A stretch of DNA of 60,842 nucleotides, filler included. It is 6 parts of 6 records of this genome, joined end to end, with 100 filler letters (N's around TTAATTAATTAA, not from the genome) between each part and the next. Parts side by side here need not be neighbours in the genome. Positions count along the whole stretch, not along the records: positions 1 to 17,876 come from SRR31156797_234; positions 17,977 to 24,197 come from SRR31156797_245; 4 more parts are not named here. The stretch is one strand, 5' to 3'. Both the position numbers and the translations under genes were made by a program. Positions 10,153 through 20,445 of the stretch are shown one piece after another. Positions within the stretch are counted from its first letter, which is position 1. Every line of letters begins with the position of its first letter. Below the pieces are notes generated by a model that was given only the letters and a program-made list of their open reading frames with translations, made no database searches and was not told the DNA's origin.

Positions 10153-10614
10153 TTTTGTACAAATCCCGTAAAAAATTGTTCTTAGCTCGAAAAAAACGGG
10201 TACCAAATGGAACAAAATTCGGCAAGTCCACCCTCATTTTGGATGAACCCTTGTTTTTTTAGCGTTTCGCGAATTATCTATCTTGAGAAAAATCATTTTT
10301 GTTAAAAACAGCCCTACTTTTTCCTGCAAAAAACAACTCCACACAATATTGTTGATTTCGTAAATCGAAATTATTTTTAACTTTCTTGCGTTTTGATCAT
10401 AAATTTTCCTTTCTAATCAATATGAAAGAAAGCTTCTAAACACGCAGTAGAAACCTTAAGCTGTCATTATTCAAAATGATTTCACGCGTTTTCAATACAA
10501 ACCCGCCCATAAAAAGGGTAATTTTGTCCTCTTTTACGGATTTTTCCTTAATTTATCGGCCTTAATAATATATATGGAGTTGAAAAGGTTCTCACTTAGA
10601 TATATGGAATCTAC

Positions 10615-12042
10615 ATGCCTGAGAGTACATTACTATTCATAGCCGAACCCCAGTCCGTTACGTCCGTATTTTCCCCACTCAAAGAAGCGGGGTTTCAAGC
10701 CGGACTGGCCGACAACCTTGCCGGGGCAATCAATTTCATCAAAAAGTCAAAACCGTGCCTTATTTTCACCAGGCCAGTCATGCAGGGCTATTCTGCTCAG
10801 GCACTTCTGGCCGAAGCTGTAAACATTGAAAATTTCCCTCCAGTAGTAGTCTTTTCCCGCAATGGTTCCGCTGACGAAGCCCAAAGGTTCATGGAACTGG
10901 GTGCCCGTGATTACTGGCTGGAGCCTCTTTCATGGGAAAAGATCAAACTGATGCTTCCCGATGAAAAACCCTCCTCCATGCCTTCAGCAGATCAACTTGG
11001 CGCTCCGGAGAAACCTGCCGCGCCGGCACAAAAAGGCACACAGGGCCGATACCAGATCATCGGACAGCATCCGGCCATGGCGCGCGTTCTGGGTCTTGCC
11101 AAACAGGTTGCTAAATCCAAGGCCACAGTACTTATTTCAGGTGAATCAGGAACAGGTAAAGAAATGTTCGCCCGGTTTCTACATCACCATTCCGACCGTC
11201 ACGATAAGGCTTTTGTAGCCATCAACTGCGCCGCCCTACCTGAACACCTGCTGGAATCAGAACTTTTCGGACATGAGAAAGGAGCCTTCACCGGAGCCAT
11301 CAACCGCAAGCTCGGTAAATTTGAACTCGCATCCGGCGGAACCATCCTCCTTGATGAAATCACGGAAATGGAGTTAGGCCTGCAAGCCAAACTGCTCAGA
11401 GTTTTACAGGAAGGTGAAATAGACCGCGTCGGCGGAGTGGAAACCGTAAAGGTTGATGTACGCGTACTGGCCACTACCAACCGGGCCATTGAGGAAACAG
11501 TCAAAGAAGGCAAATTCAGGCAGGACCTATTCTACCGCTTGAATGTCATTCCGCTCAAACTCCCGGCCCTCGCCCAACGCGGTGAAGATATTCTGCTGCT
11601 GGCAAAATTTTTCGTTAACAAATACTGCACTGAATACGGGCTGAGTCCATTGGCTTTTTCTGAAGAATCAATCAAATGGCTGCTGGGCTACGAATGGCCC
11701 GGTAACGTGCGAGAATTGCAGAATCTTATGGAAAGGGCTGTACTGCTTGCCGGCGCAGGCCCCATTGAATCCAAGCACTTCTTAAATGATCCCGATGCAT
11801 GGATGCCGGACGAAGCTCACACTGAGGGAACTACCCCCGCCGAAGAACAAACAGCAAGTGCAGACGGCGTAGCTGCTGAATTTGCGGTCATGCCCATTTC
11901 CGAAATGGAAAAGAAACTGATCATCAAGAGCCTGGATCAGACCTCCGGCAACCGCACCAAGGCCGCCGAACTGCTGGGCATCTCAGTACGCACCCTGCGC
12001 AATAAACTTAATGACTATAAGAAGCAGGGTTTGGATTTGTAA
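10615..12042 (+). CDS. Sigma54-dependent activator (FlrC/NtrC-like) with atypical receiver domain
   Basis: GESGTGKE, ESELFGHEKGAFTGA, WPGNVREL and a Fis-type HTH. Confidence 0.92.
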   Translation: MPESTLLFIAEPQSVTSVFSPLKEAGFQAGLADNLAGAINFIKKSKPCLIFTRPVMQGYSAQALLAEAVNIENFPPVVVFSRNGSADEAQRFMELGARDYWLEPLSWEKIKLMLPDEKPSSMPSADQLGAPEKPAAPAQKGTQGRYQIIGQHPAMARVLGLAKQVAKSKATVLISGESGTGKEMFARFLHHHSDRHDKAFVAINCAALPEHLLESELFGHEKGAFTGAINRKLGKFELASGGTILLDEITEMELGLQAKLLRVLQEGEIDRVGGVETVKVDVRVLATTNRAIEETVKEGKFRQDLFYRLNVIPLKLPALAQRGEDILLLAKFFVNKYCTEYGLSPLAFSEESIKWLLGYEWPGNVRELQNLMERAVLLAGAGPIESKHFLNDPDAWMPDEAHTEGTTPAEEQTASADGVAAEFAVMPISEMEKKLIIKSLDQTSGNRTKAAELLGISVRTLRNKLNDYKKQGLDL

Positions 12043-12068
12043 CCGATCCCAACAAATAAGATGTCAAC

Positions 12069-12099
12069 AAAGGCTGTCGTATTTCACGACAGCCTTTTT
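12069..12099 (+). terminator. Intrinsic terminator
   Basis: AAAGGCTGTCGT/ACGACAGCCTTT stem with a T-run. Confidence 0.8.
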
Positions 12100-12109
12100 C
12101 TTTTGCATC

Positions 12110-12141
12110 AAAAAAGGGCAGCCCGTGACCGGACTGCCCTT
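12110..12141 (-). terminator. Intrinsic terminator of serS
   Basis: AAGGGCAG/CTGCCCTT stem with a U-tract on the minus strand. Confidence 0.75.
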
Positions 12142-12164
12142 CATCTCATCAATATAAACTAGAA

Positions 12165-13442
12165 CTAATCTGCGGTAATAACTTCCAATCCGCCCATGTA
12201 AGGACGCAGAGCTTCGGGAACAACGATAGAACCGTCTTTCTGCTGGTAATTTTCAACCACAGCAACAAAAGTACGTCCCACAGCAAGGCCGGAACCGTTC
12301 AATGTGTGTACGAACTGTTTCTTCTTGCTGTCCTTGGGCTGGAACTTGATATTGGCGCGACGGGCCTGAAAGTCCACGCAGTTGGAGCAGGAAGAAATCT
12401 CACGGTATTTGTCCTGTCCGGGCAGCCATACTTCGATGTCGTAAGTCTTAGCGGAACCGAAGCCCATGTCGCCGGTGCACAGGGTGATAACCCGGTAGTG
12501 CAAGCCGAGACGCTTGAGGATTTCTTCGGCATGACCAGTCATCTTTTCAAGGTCTTCAAAAGATTTATCCGGATGAGCAAAACGGACCATCTCCACCTTG
12601 TGAAACTGGTGCTGACGGATCAGGCCTTTTGTGTCCTTACCGTAAGAACCTGCTTCGGAACGGAAACAGGGAGTCGGTGCGCAGTAAGCAACGGAAAGAT
12701 CATCTTCGCTGAGCACTTCATCACGGTGCAGGTTGGTCAGCGGAACTTCCGCAGTGGGAATCATGTAATATTCCCAGTCTTCAAGCTTGAAAAGATCCTC
12801 GGCGAACTTAGGCAGCTGTCCGGTACCGAACAAGGAGTCACGGTTGACGATGTACGGGGGAATAACTTCGGTATAGCCATGATCCATGGTCTGAACATCA
12901 ACCATGAAGGAAGTCAGTGCACGCTCCAGACGTGCGCCCCATTTCTTGAGCACAGCAAAACGCGCTCCGGTGAGCTTGGCTGCACGTTCGAAATCAACTC
13001 CGCCCAGCTCTACTGCCAGATCCCAGTGTTCACGGGGGGTGAAATCAAACCCAGGCTTCTCGCCCCAATGACGGATTACCGGGTTGTCGTCTTCGGTTTT
13101 ACCGTAAGGAACGGACTCGTCAGGCATGTTGGGAACAGAACTGAGCCACTCACGCTCTGCGGTTTCAATATCTTTAAGGTCTTCATCAAGGGCTTTGATT
13201 TTACCTGAGACTTCACCCATACGAGCGATGATCTCGGAAGCATCGCCCCCTTCCCTCTTTATCTTTGCAATCTCGCCGGAGGTGGAGTTACGCTCGGCCT
13301 TGAGGGATTCCACTTCCTGCAGCAGGGACTTACGGCGGGAATCCAGATCGCTGAATTCATTAACATCAAGTTTGGAACCTCTTTTTTCGAGGCTTTCGCG
13401 AACTACATCCAAATTGTTCTGTACAAATTTCAAATCGAGCAT
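12165..13442 (-). CDS. serS: Serine--tRNA ligase
   Basis: [36 protein letters not shown] and [11 protein letters not shown]. Confidence 0.98.
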   Translation of the reverse strand: MLDLKFVQNNLDVVRESLEKRGSKLDVNEFSDLDSRRKSLLQEVESLKAERNSTSGEIAKIKREGGDASEIIARMGEVSGKIKALDEDLKDIETAEREWLSSVPNMPDESVPYGKTEDDNPVIRHWGEKPGFDFTPREHWDLAVELGGVDFERAAKLTGARFAVLKKWGARLERALTSFMVDVQTMDHGYTEVIPPYIVNRDSLFGTGQLPKFAEDLFKLEDWEYYMIPTAEVPLTNLHRDEVLSEDDLSVAYCAPTPCFRSEAGSYGKDTKGLIRQHQFHKVEMVRFAHPDKSFEDLEKMTGHAEEILKRLGLHYRVITLCTGDMGFGSAKTYDIEVWLPGQDKYREISSCSNCVDFQARRANIKFQPKDSKKKQFVHTLNGSGLAVGRTFVAVVENYQQKDGSIVVPEALRPYMGGLEVITAD

Positions 13443-13652
13443 TTCATTCTCCTAATATCATCTATATAAAAAGGCTCGTCTCAAGCCCTGCCATGCAGAT
13501 ATGATCCTTCAAAATAAATTCATATTTATTTTGGATAAATCAGATTATTTTTTCCCGTCAAATTCATGGATATGATTTTGACGAACGGGTCACTAGTAGC
13601 GAATCTAAGCGTACTAATAAAGGGTATTCTTGCATCAATTTACATAAAAGAC

Positions 13653-14060
13653 CTACAAATCATCAATTCCCATGCGCTTGTTTCCATAAACACAAGCGAT
13701 ATTCGCATAAATTCCAATCAGAAGCAGCAAAGCCATAAGGCCCTCAAACCAGCAGGACAGAAAAACATATACCACGCTGGCGAACATGCCGAAACCCTGC
13801 AAACCTTTTTTCCAGCCCCACGGATGTCCCAGCCAGTTACGTTCATACTCAAGTAATTTCTCAACCAGAACAAAAGGCGGTGTAGGCTCAGGCAATTCCA
13901 TCATGGAGACCCCGATCCCGGCAATAAAAGCCAACCCAAGGAAGATGGATTTAGTCCACAAGGCCATGAGCAAGACACAAAAGGAACCGAGCATGATAAT
14001 CCAGCTCCAGTGATTCTGGTGTCTTTTCCAAATGAGTTCTCTGATATTCTTGAAGGCCAT
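13653..14060 (-). CDS. Hypothetical membrane protein
   Basis: 135 aa with four hydrophobic segments; fills the gap between serS and pncC. Confidence 0.65.
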   Translation of the reverse strand: MAFKNIRELIWKRHQNHWSWIIMLGSFCVLLMALWTKSIFLGLAFIAGIGVSMMELPEPTPPFVLVEKLLEYERNWLGHPWGWKKGLQGFGMFASVVYVFLSCWFEGLMALLLLIGIYANIACVYGNKRMGIDDL

Positions 14061-14147
14061 GGCGGGAGAGTATCATTTCACTTTGCAGTAAACAATATCT
14101 AGCATCTACCTCTTTAAATATTGCCTGAATCGGTATAACGTACCTGC

Positions 14148-14627
14148 ATGATTAAAAGCATTGTACCATCTATCGGAAATATCCTTGTAAAAAAAGGCTG
14201 GACCATGTCCACTGCTGAATCCTGCACCGGTGGTCTTGTGGCTGCTACTCTGACCGATTTCTCCGGCAGTTCCGCATGGTTCTCCGGGGCCGTGGTCGCC
14301 TACTCCAATGAAGTAAAAATGTCACAACTGCACGTCCCTGAGCAGGCTCTCATAAATCACGGTGCGGTCAGCGAACCTGTGGTCCGGGCCATGGCTGAAG
14401 GAGTCTGCAAGACCCTTAACGTGGACGTAGGCATATCACTTTCCGGCATTGCCGGACCAACAGGCGGAACCCCGGACAAACCAGTGGGCACAGTCTGGAT
14501 GGGCTGGCACGTAAATGGAAAAACCTATGCTGAAAAATTTATCTTCAGCGGTGACCGCAAGAGCGTGAAAGATCAAAGCCTGCAAACCGTATTGGAAAAA
14601 CTGCACCAGCTTTTGAAAGAGAGTTAA
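14148..14627 (+). CDS. pncC: CinA C-terminal domain protein / NMN amidohydrolase
   Basis: AESCTGG, GSSAWF, YSNEVK, GAVS and SGIAGPTGGTPDKPVGTV. Confidence 0.88.
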   Translation: MIKSIVPSIGNILVKKGWTMSTAESCTGGLVAATLTDFSGSSAWFSGAVVAYSNEVKMSQLHVPEQALINHGAVSEPVVRAMAEGVCKTLNVDVGISLSGIAGPTGGTPDKPVGTVWMGWHVNGKTYAEKFIFSGDRKSVKDQSLQTVLEKLHQLLKES

Positions 14628-14633
14628 TCCCCA

Positions 14634-15875
14634 ATGAAAAAGATGCTGTTCCTGATCATCAGCCTTGTTCTCTGCTGCGCGACAAATGGACTTTGCCGCG
14701 ACTCCCTGCGTAAGACCCTCAACCTGCATGGACAGAAAGAAGAGCATCAATCAGTACTATTGAAAGATTTCCGGCAAACTTGGGATGAAGTGCAGAATGC
14801 CACCGGTCCTTTGACCATTGAAGGCGACGTGCTCGGCTACATGCAGGCTTACGGGAGCAGCAAAATTGACGGAGAAACACAGGACGGCAACGAATACGGT
14901 GCTTTTAAGGCCCGAGTCAGGCTACACTGGGAACCGATTGAGGACGGCAAATTATTCGTTCAGGTTCAGGGCGGCATTTCAGACAAGCACAGCAACCCTT
15001 CGAGCCGCGGAATGGTTCTCTCACCCCTTAACTCTCAGGCATCCCGGACCAGTCCCGGTGGGCAAGCGTCCATTTCAGACGTGCTCTACACCCAGCACTT
15101 TGCGGACAAAAAAATGTTTGTATCCCTTGGCTGGACCGACCCGGAATCCTTTATGGATGAAAACCGCTTTGCCGGAAACGGACGAATCCAATTTATTAAC
15201 TCCATGTTCAACAATGAACCGATCTTTGACGCAATAGATACCAACCTGCCTATCGTAGCCATCGGTTTTAACCATGAAGAACAATTCAAAATCACCATGC
15301 TGGCCCAATCCACAACTTATGCCGGGAGGCCGGGAAATCAGCGTAAAGGTGACTTTGAAGACTTGGCCGACAGTCCACTCATTGGCGGACAGCTGACATA
15401 TTCACCCAGCTTTGGTAAACTAAAAGGCAATTACCGCATCTTCGGCTGGACCAATACTTATGACCAGCCGCGCATTGACGGAAGTGAAGAATCAGCCAAC
15501 TGGGGTATCGCCTTTAACATGGATCAGGATATTACCGAAGATTTCGGGATATTCGCAAGGCTGGGCAAAGGTAACGGCGCGGTAAATGACATCACCTGGA
15601 CATGGTCCACAGGTACCCATTGGCAAGGACCAATCCCCGGAAGGAAACAGGATGTCTGGGGTGTTGCCGCAGGTGGTGTGCAGGGCAACAAGCATACGGA
15701 CAATAAGGATATGGAGTTCCATTACGAAACTTACTATCAGGTCAAGCTGACCGACAACTTTTCAATTGTTCCGGACCTGACCTACGTAACCAACTCCAAC
15801 GCCAACAGTAATAATGATGATATATTGTTCGGAATGTTGAAATTCTTCTTCACTTTTTCCACACCCGGTTCATAA
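14634..15875 (+). CDS. OprB-like carbohydrate-selective porin
   Basis: Signal peptide; DENRFA, FINSMF and GNYR motifs; C-terminal ETYYQVKLTDNFSIVPDLTY beta-strands. Confidence 0.7.
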   Translation: MKKMLFLIISLVLCCATNGLCRDSLRKTLNLHGQKEEHQSVLLKDFRQTWDEVQNATGPLTIEGDVLGYMQAYGSSKIDGETQDGNEYGAFKARVRLHWEPIEDGKLFVQVQGGISDKHSNPSSRGMVLSPLNSQASRTSPGGQASISDVLYTQHFADKKMFVSLGWTDPESFMDENRFAGNGRIQFINSMFNNEPIFDAIDTNLPIVAIGFNHEEQFKITMLAQSTTYAGRPGNQRKGDFEDLADSPLIGGQLTYSPSFGKLKGNYRIFGWTNTYDQPRIDGSEESANWGIAFNMDQDITEDFGIFARLGKGNGAVNDITWTWSTGTHWQGPIPGRKQDVWGVAAGGVQGNKHTDNKDMEFHYETYYQVKLTDNFSIVPDLTYVTNSNANSNNDDILFGMLKFFFTFSTPGS

Positions 15876-15898
15876 ACACCTTAACAGGCTGGGATAAC

Positions 15899-16453
15899 AT
15901 GAAAAAGATACGCACATTTATCGCACACTCCGTACCGGAGGAATGGAAAGGGATAATCAATGAATCATCCGCCAGCCTGCGCGAAGGACTGGAATCAAGA
16001 ATTGCGTGGGTAAAACCTGAAAACATGCACTTCACCCTGAAATTTCTAGGCAGTATTGAGGAAGACAAACTTGCCGAGGTGCAGGGAGTACTGAAAAAAA
16101 TCCCGGTTGTAAACTTTAAAATTTCAACAGCAGGTGCAGGCTTTTTTCCAGCTCAGGAAAAGCCCCATGTGATCTGGATCGGGCTGGAACAGGGGGCAAA
16201 AGAAATATGCTCCAATGCCGCAGCAGTGGAATCCGCTATGGCAAAACTGGGATTTGAAGAGAACCGCAAATCATGCCACGCTCATCTCACTCTGGGCCGG
16301 GTCAAAAGAACAGCCAAAGACGACTGGGCCGCACTGGCTGAAAAAATCAATGGAATTGAACTGCCCGAAGCAGAAATCAACGGCTTCACGCTCTACAAAA
16401 GCGTGCTCACGCCTGACGGGCCTGTTTATTCTGTACTTGAGGAGTATAAATAG
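15899..16453 (+). CDS. thpR: RNA 2',3'-cyclic phosphodiesterase (2H family)
   Basis: RTFIA, two HxT motifs (HFTLKFLG, HLTLGR) and SVLTPDGPVY. Confidence 0.92.
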   Translation: MKKIRTFIAHSVPEEWKGIINESSASLREGLESRIAWVKPENMHFTLKFLGSIEEDKLAEVQGVLKKIPVVNFKISTAGAGFFPAQEKPHVIWIGLEQGAKEICSNAAAVESAMAKLGFEENRKSCHAHLTLGRVKRTAKDDWAALAEKINGIELPEAEINGFTLYKSVLTPDGPVYSVLEEYK

Positions 16454-16490
16454 AAAGCGGGGTAATCCACCGGATTACCCCGCTCTTTTT
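16454..16490. terminator. Bidirectional terminator between convergent genes
   Basis: Perfect 13-bp stem AGCGGGGTAATCC/GGATTACCCCGCT. Confidence 0.8.
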
Positions 16491-17841
16491 AGCTATTCAA
16501 CTTAACGTAATAAAAATTACGCCCGCGCTGCACCTTGAGCATGACCTTGTTGTTCATGCGGTAACGCAGAAAGGAATCAAGGAAATCCTTTTGTGAATTC
16601 ACCCTATGGTTACCGATCTGGTGAATTTTATCACCGGGTTGCAGGCCGAGTCTTGCAGATGCGCTGTTTTTGCGCACCTTGCTGACCAGCATGCCGCTCC
16701 CGCGGGAGTCCTTATTCACAAGCATACCCCAGCGGGACCATACCTGCGCCCGGACCTGCTGCGATTCAAGAGACTGTGGACGGACCACAATGTTACGCAC
16801 CTTTCTATCATGGAGCACTTCAAGATCAACATCCTCACTGCGGGTCTGTACCCGGAGCAGGGCCAGATATCCAGCCTTGTCCTCAACCTCAATGCCGTTA
16901 ATCTTCAGGACCACGTCACCGGGCTTCAAGCCTGCATAGGCAGCCGGGGTGTCCTTATGGACATCGGTAACCAGCATCCCGTAAACACGTGACAGTCCGA
17001 AATAACTGGCCGCCCCCTGATCAAGATCCTGACCGCTCAGCCCCAGCCAGACAGGGGAAACCTTGCCGGACTCGAGCAGTTCCTTGACCACCCGCTTAGC
17101 CCGGTTGATGGGAATGGCAAAACCGATACCCTCAGCGCGGGCCTGAATGGCGGTATTGATACCAATCAGATCACCCATAATATTCAGCAACGGCCCGCCG
17201 CTATTGCCGGGATTAATGGCTGCGTCGGTCTGGATAAAATCAGTATACGCGCCCTCTTTCGACTTTACAGTGCGCTTAAGTGCGGAAACCACCCCGGTGG
17301 TCACTGTATGGGTGTACCCAAAGGGATTACCGATAGCGATGACCGTCTCACCAATATAAATATCCGACGAATCCCCCATAGCGACCTGCGGCAAATTACC
17401 CGCGCCCTTGACCTTAAGTACGGCTAAGTCAAAGTCTGCGTCAGACCCGATAATCTCGGCAGGGTATTCCTCGCCGTTGATCATCCTGACCTTGATATCA
17501 CTTCCTCCGGAGAGCACATGGGCATTGGTCAGCACCAGCCCGCGGCGACCATTGATGATCACCCCGGACCCGGTGGCCTGTGAACGGTATTTGCGTTTCT
17601 GAGTCGGGAAGCCATCAAAGAACATGTCAAAGCCCTGCCCTCCGAACATTTGCCCGAAAGGCGACACGCCACGTTCAACAATGCGGGTAACGTTGATATT
17701 CACAACTGCCGGAGCAGTTTTCTGCACCGCCCGCACCACAGGTGTCACGCGCAGGGAATCATCCCGAGCAGCAAGTGCTGGCTGAGCAATGACTACTGTC
17801 AGCAGAGCAAAAAAGATTATTTTAAAAAAAGATTTGGACAT
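16489..17841 (-). CDS. HtrA/DegP-DegQ family serine protease with two PDZ domains
   Basis: Signal peptide; LTNAHV, DLAVL and TDAAINPGNSGGPL catalytic triad motifs. Confidence 0.95.
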   Translation of the reverse strand: MSKSFFKIIFFALLTVVIAQPALAARDDSLRVTPVVRAVQKTAPAVVNINVTRIVERGVSPFGQMFGGQGFDMFFDGFPTQKRKYRSQATGSGVIINGRRGLVLTNAHVLSGGSDIKVRMINGEEYPAEIIGSDADFDLAVLKVKGAGNLPQVAMGDSSDIYIGETVIAIGNPFGYTHTVTTGVVSALKRTVKSKEGAYTDFIQTDAAINPGNSGGPLLNIMGDLIGINTAIQARAEGIGFAIPINRAKRVVKELLESGKVSPVWLGLSGQDLDQGAASYFGLSRVYGMLVTDVHKDTPAAYAGLKPGDVVLKINGIEVEDKAGYLALLRVQTRSEDVDLEVLHDRKVRNIVVRPQSLESQQVRAQVWSRWGMLVNKDSRGSGMLVSKVRKNSASARLGLQPGDKIHQIGNHRVNSQKDFLDSFLRYRMNNKVMLKVQRGRNFYYVKLNS

Positions 17842-17844
17842 AGT

Positions 17845-17876
17845 ACGCCTTCGGCGACCCTGCCGGGGGCCTTAAA
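17845..17876 (+). repeat. Partial GC-rich interspersed repeat at contig end
   Basis: ACGCCTTCGGCGACCCTGCCGGGGGCCTTAAA is similar to the reverse complement of 1-30. Confidence 0.55.
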
Positions 17877-17976
17877 NNNNNNNNNNNNNNNNNNNNNNNN
17901 NNNNNNNNNNNNNNNNNNNNTTAATTAATTAANNNNNNNNNNNNNNNNNNNNNNNNNNNNNNNNNNNNNNNNNNNN
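17877..17976. other. Artificial contig spacer
   Basis: N44-TTAATTAATTAA-N44, which puts stops in all six frames. Confidence 0.99.
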
Positions 17977-18087
17977 CAAATTAGACAAAAAATGGATAAA
18001 CCATTAGGTATTGCTACAATCGAGACTATTAGAAGAAGAGGATACAGATTTTGTTATCCACCAAAAGTTGAAGAGGAACAAGCATAA
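17977..18087 (+). CDS. hsrA: C-terminal fragment of HsrA/CosR (HP1043-type) OmpR-family response regulator
   Basis: Manual translation QIRQKMDKPLGIATIETIRRRGYRFCYPPKVEEEQA* matches the characteristic HP1043/CosR C-terminus; not in the ORF track. Confidence 0.85.
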   Translation, partial: QIRQKMDKPLGIATIETIRRRGYRFCYPPKVEEEQA

Positions 18088-18090
18088 TCA

Positions 18091-19383
18091 ATGTTTAGAA
18101 CAAGAAGCATCTATAAGCAGTTTTCACAAAAGCTTATATTTGCTACTTCTTTCTTTGTGGTAGTCTTATCACTTATTTTTTATGGCTTTACCAAAGCTAC
18201 CATTTATGAAGAGATCTCTGAAGATCTTTTAAAAGATGCAAAACTTATAGTAACTCTCGCTTACAATAAATCTGGTGATCATAATGATCTTAGAGTTTTA
18301 GTAAATGATGATACCACAATTGAAGTGATCTCACTTAAATACCCTGCAAACTATTACTTTAAACAATATGCAATCAAACAAGATCATTTTATGGAGCTTG
18401 TATACCCTTTAGATAAAGACTCTTTACAATATTTAAAACTTAGACGTAATATTAATTCTTCCCATGCAATGCTTAATAAAATATTTAGTAATCTTCTTTT
18501 TTTAGGAACTGGTGGACTAATACTTATCATTGTATATGCTTTTGCTATGTCAAAAACCCTACTATTTCCAATTATTAGAATTACCCAAAAACTTTCAAAT
18601 ATGAATGAAAACTCTTTAAGTCAAATCGATCCATCAAAACTTCCTGTGGAATTTGTACCACTAGCAACTTCGATTAATACCTTAACTACAAGAATAGAAA
18701 ACTATGTGAAGTACCAAAAAGAGCTTTTTATAGGGGCGGCTCATGAGCTTAAAACTCCACTTGCAGTTATGAAGTTAAAATCTCAAGTAACTCTAAATAA
18801 AACTAGAGAGCCTGAAAAATATCAAGAGGTTTTAAAACTTCATCTTGATGAGATAGATGGGATGAATCAGATGATCTCTTCTATTTTAGATATGGGGAGA
18901 CAAGAGGGAGCTCAATTTGAAAAACCAATAGAGCTTGATCTTATACGATACCTACAAACAAAAACTGATAGTTTTAAACTCTTAGCAAAAGAGAAAGATA
19001 TCACTTTAGAGTTTCACAGCAATGTTGAAAGTTTTGTCACTATCATTCAACCGACTCTTTTAACACAGATCATTCAAAACTTTGTGCAAAATGCTATCAA
19101 ATTTACTCCAGAGGGGAAAAAAGTATCTATCTATACAACAGCAGAAGAAAATTATGTGATGGTAGAAGTTGAAGATGAGGGGATAGGATGCCCTGAAGGT
19201 GTGGATCTTTTTGCACCATTTAAACGTGTAGGTGAAGAAAAAGGAGCGGGACTAGGACTATTTTTAGCAAAAAGTGCTGCTGAGACTTTGGGTGGATCTA
19301 TCACTATAAAAAATAGAACTGATGGCGTACAAGGGGCTATTGCAACCCTTGAACTTCATAGTAATCCAACTTGTAGAATCTAA
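18091..19383 (+). CDS. Membrane sensor histidine kinase (CosS-like) downstream of hsrA/cosR
   Basis: Two TMs, HAMP, AAHELKTPL H-box, NAIKF, DEGIG and GAGLGL. Confidence 0.9.
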   Translation: MFRTRSIYKQFSQKLIFATSFFVVVLSLIFYGFTKATIYEEISEDLLKDAKLIVTLAYNKSGDHNDLRVLVNDDTTIEVISLKYPANYYFKQYAIKQDHFMELVYPLDKDSLQYLKLRRNINSSHAMLNKIFSNLLFLGTGGLILIIVYAFAMSKTLLFPIIRITQKLSNMNENSLSQIDPSKLPVEFVPLATSINTLTTRIENYVKYQKELFIGAAHELKTPLAVMKLKSQVTLNKTREPEKYQEVLKLHLDEIDGMNQMISSILDMGRQEGAQFEKPIELDLIRYLQTKTDSFKLLAKEKDITLEFHSNVESFVTIIQPTLLTQIIQNFVQNAIKFTPEGKKVSIYTTAEENYVMVEVEDEGIGCPEGVDLFAPFKRVGEEKGAGLGLFLAKSAAETLGGSITIKNRTDGVQGAIATLELHSNPTCRI

Positions 19384-19817
19384 TTAAATAACTCGTTATG
19401 CTCGATCTTTGTACAATGACTTTGTACCACTTTTAATCCAGCATCTTCCGCTTTTTTAGCAGCCTCATTATGTACAAGACCAAGCTGAGTCCAGATACAT
19501 TTTACATCATCTCTTTGTAAAGCTTCATCAACCACTTCAGCAATTACATCAGGTTTTCTAAAAATATCAACCATATCTATTTGGATATCTTTTGGGATAT
19601 CACCTAAACTTCTATATACCTTTTCCCCAAGAATCTCTTCCTCTTTTGGATACACAGGGATAATTCTAAATCCATGATCTTGTAGATATTTAGCAACTTT
19701 ATTGCTATCCTTCTCAGGCTTTGGAGAACATCCAATAATAGCAACTGTTTTAGTCTCTTCTAAAATAGCTTTAATCTCTTCTTTGTTGCTATTTACTTGT
19801 GGCATCTGACATTCCAT
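19380..19817 (-). CDS. CoA-binding protein (YccU-like)
   Basis: VAIIGCSPKPEKDS, IDMVDIFR and IWTQLG. Confidence 0.9.
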   Translation of the reverse strand: MECQMPQVNSNKEEIKAILEETKTVAIIGCSPKPEKDSNKVAKYLQDHGFRIIPVYPKEEEILGEKVYRSLGDIPKDIQIDMVDIFRKPDVIAEVVDEALQRDDVKCIWTQLGLVHNEAAKKAEDAGLKVVQSHCTKIEHNELFN

Positions 19818-19923
19818 ATAACTTTCCTTAGAATAAAATTTGACTAATTATATAAAAACTAAATAATGTAGAGTTTAAAGTGTTTATATGTTACTCTTCA
19901 CTTCCAATAAAAAAAGGATCTTG

Positions 19924-20445
19924 ATGAGTTTAAGTATTGCTGTACTTTCTGATTCCCATCGTAAACAAAACTTAACCCTTGAAGCAATAGAGCATTTAAA
20001 AAATGAAGGGGCAAAATATCTTATACATGCAGGGGATCTAGAGATTGTTGAGAATCTTCAGCTTCTCCAAGACTCAAACTTACCATATGTAAGTGTCTTT
20101 GGAAATAATGATTACACTCTAACACCCTATTCATCGAATTTTAAAATCTATAAAGAGCCACACTATTTTAAAATAAAAGAGTATAAATTTAAACTTATGC
20201 ATCTTCCTTATTATCTAACAGGAGATACAGATATTGTGATTTTTGGACATACCCATCAGTTTACAGTAGAGTTTAAAAACAATACTCTATTTTTAAATCC
20301 TGGTGAAGTGTGTGCAAGAAATAAGAATTTGAGTGAATGTGCTCTTTTAAAGATAGATGATAATAATATTATTGTAAAATATTTTTTCAAAGCACCAAAT
20401 GAGACCCATTGGGAAAATAAAGAATTTCAATATGAAAGAGTTTAA
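19924..20445 (+). CDS. YfcE-family metallophosphoesterase
   Basis: SDSH, HAGD, GNND, GHTH and NPG motifs; start placed at ATG 19924. Confidence 0.9.
   Translation: MSLSIAVLSDSHRKQNLTLEAIEHLKNEGAKYLIHAGDLEIVENLQLLQDSNLPYVSVFGNNDYTLTPYSSNFKIYKEPHYFKIKEYKFKLMHLPYYLTGDTDIVIFGHTHQFTVEFKNNTLFLNPGEVCARNKNLSECALLKIDDNNIIVKYFFKAPNETHWENKEFQYERV

Noticed and set aside
9409-10185. 258-aa ORF antisense to the ABC ATPase
   Set aside because: Typical antisense shadow of GlnQ-type genes.
12306-13208. 300-aa ORF antisense to serS
   Set aside because: Shadow ORF of a highly conserved gene, with no motifs.
17921-17932. TTAATTAATTAA repeated five times in the window
   Set aside because: Always centred in N-runs of identical length; an assembly linker, not a biological repeat or CRISPR.
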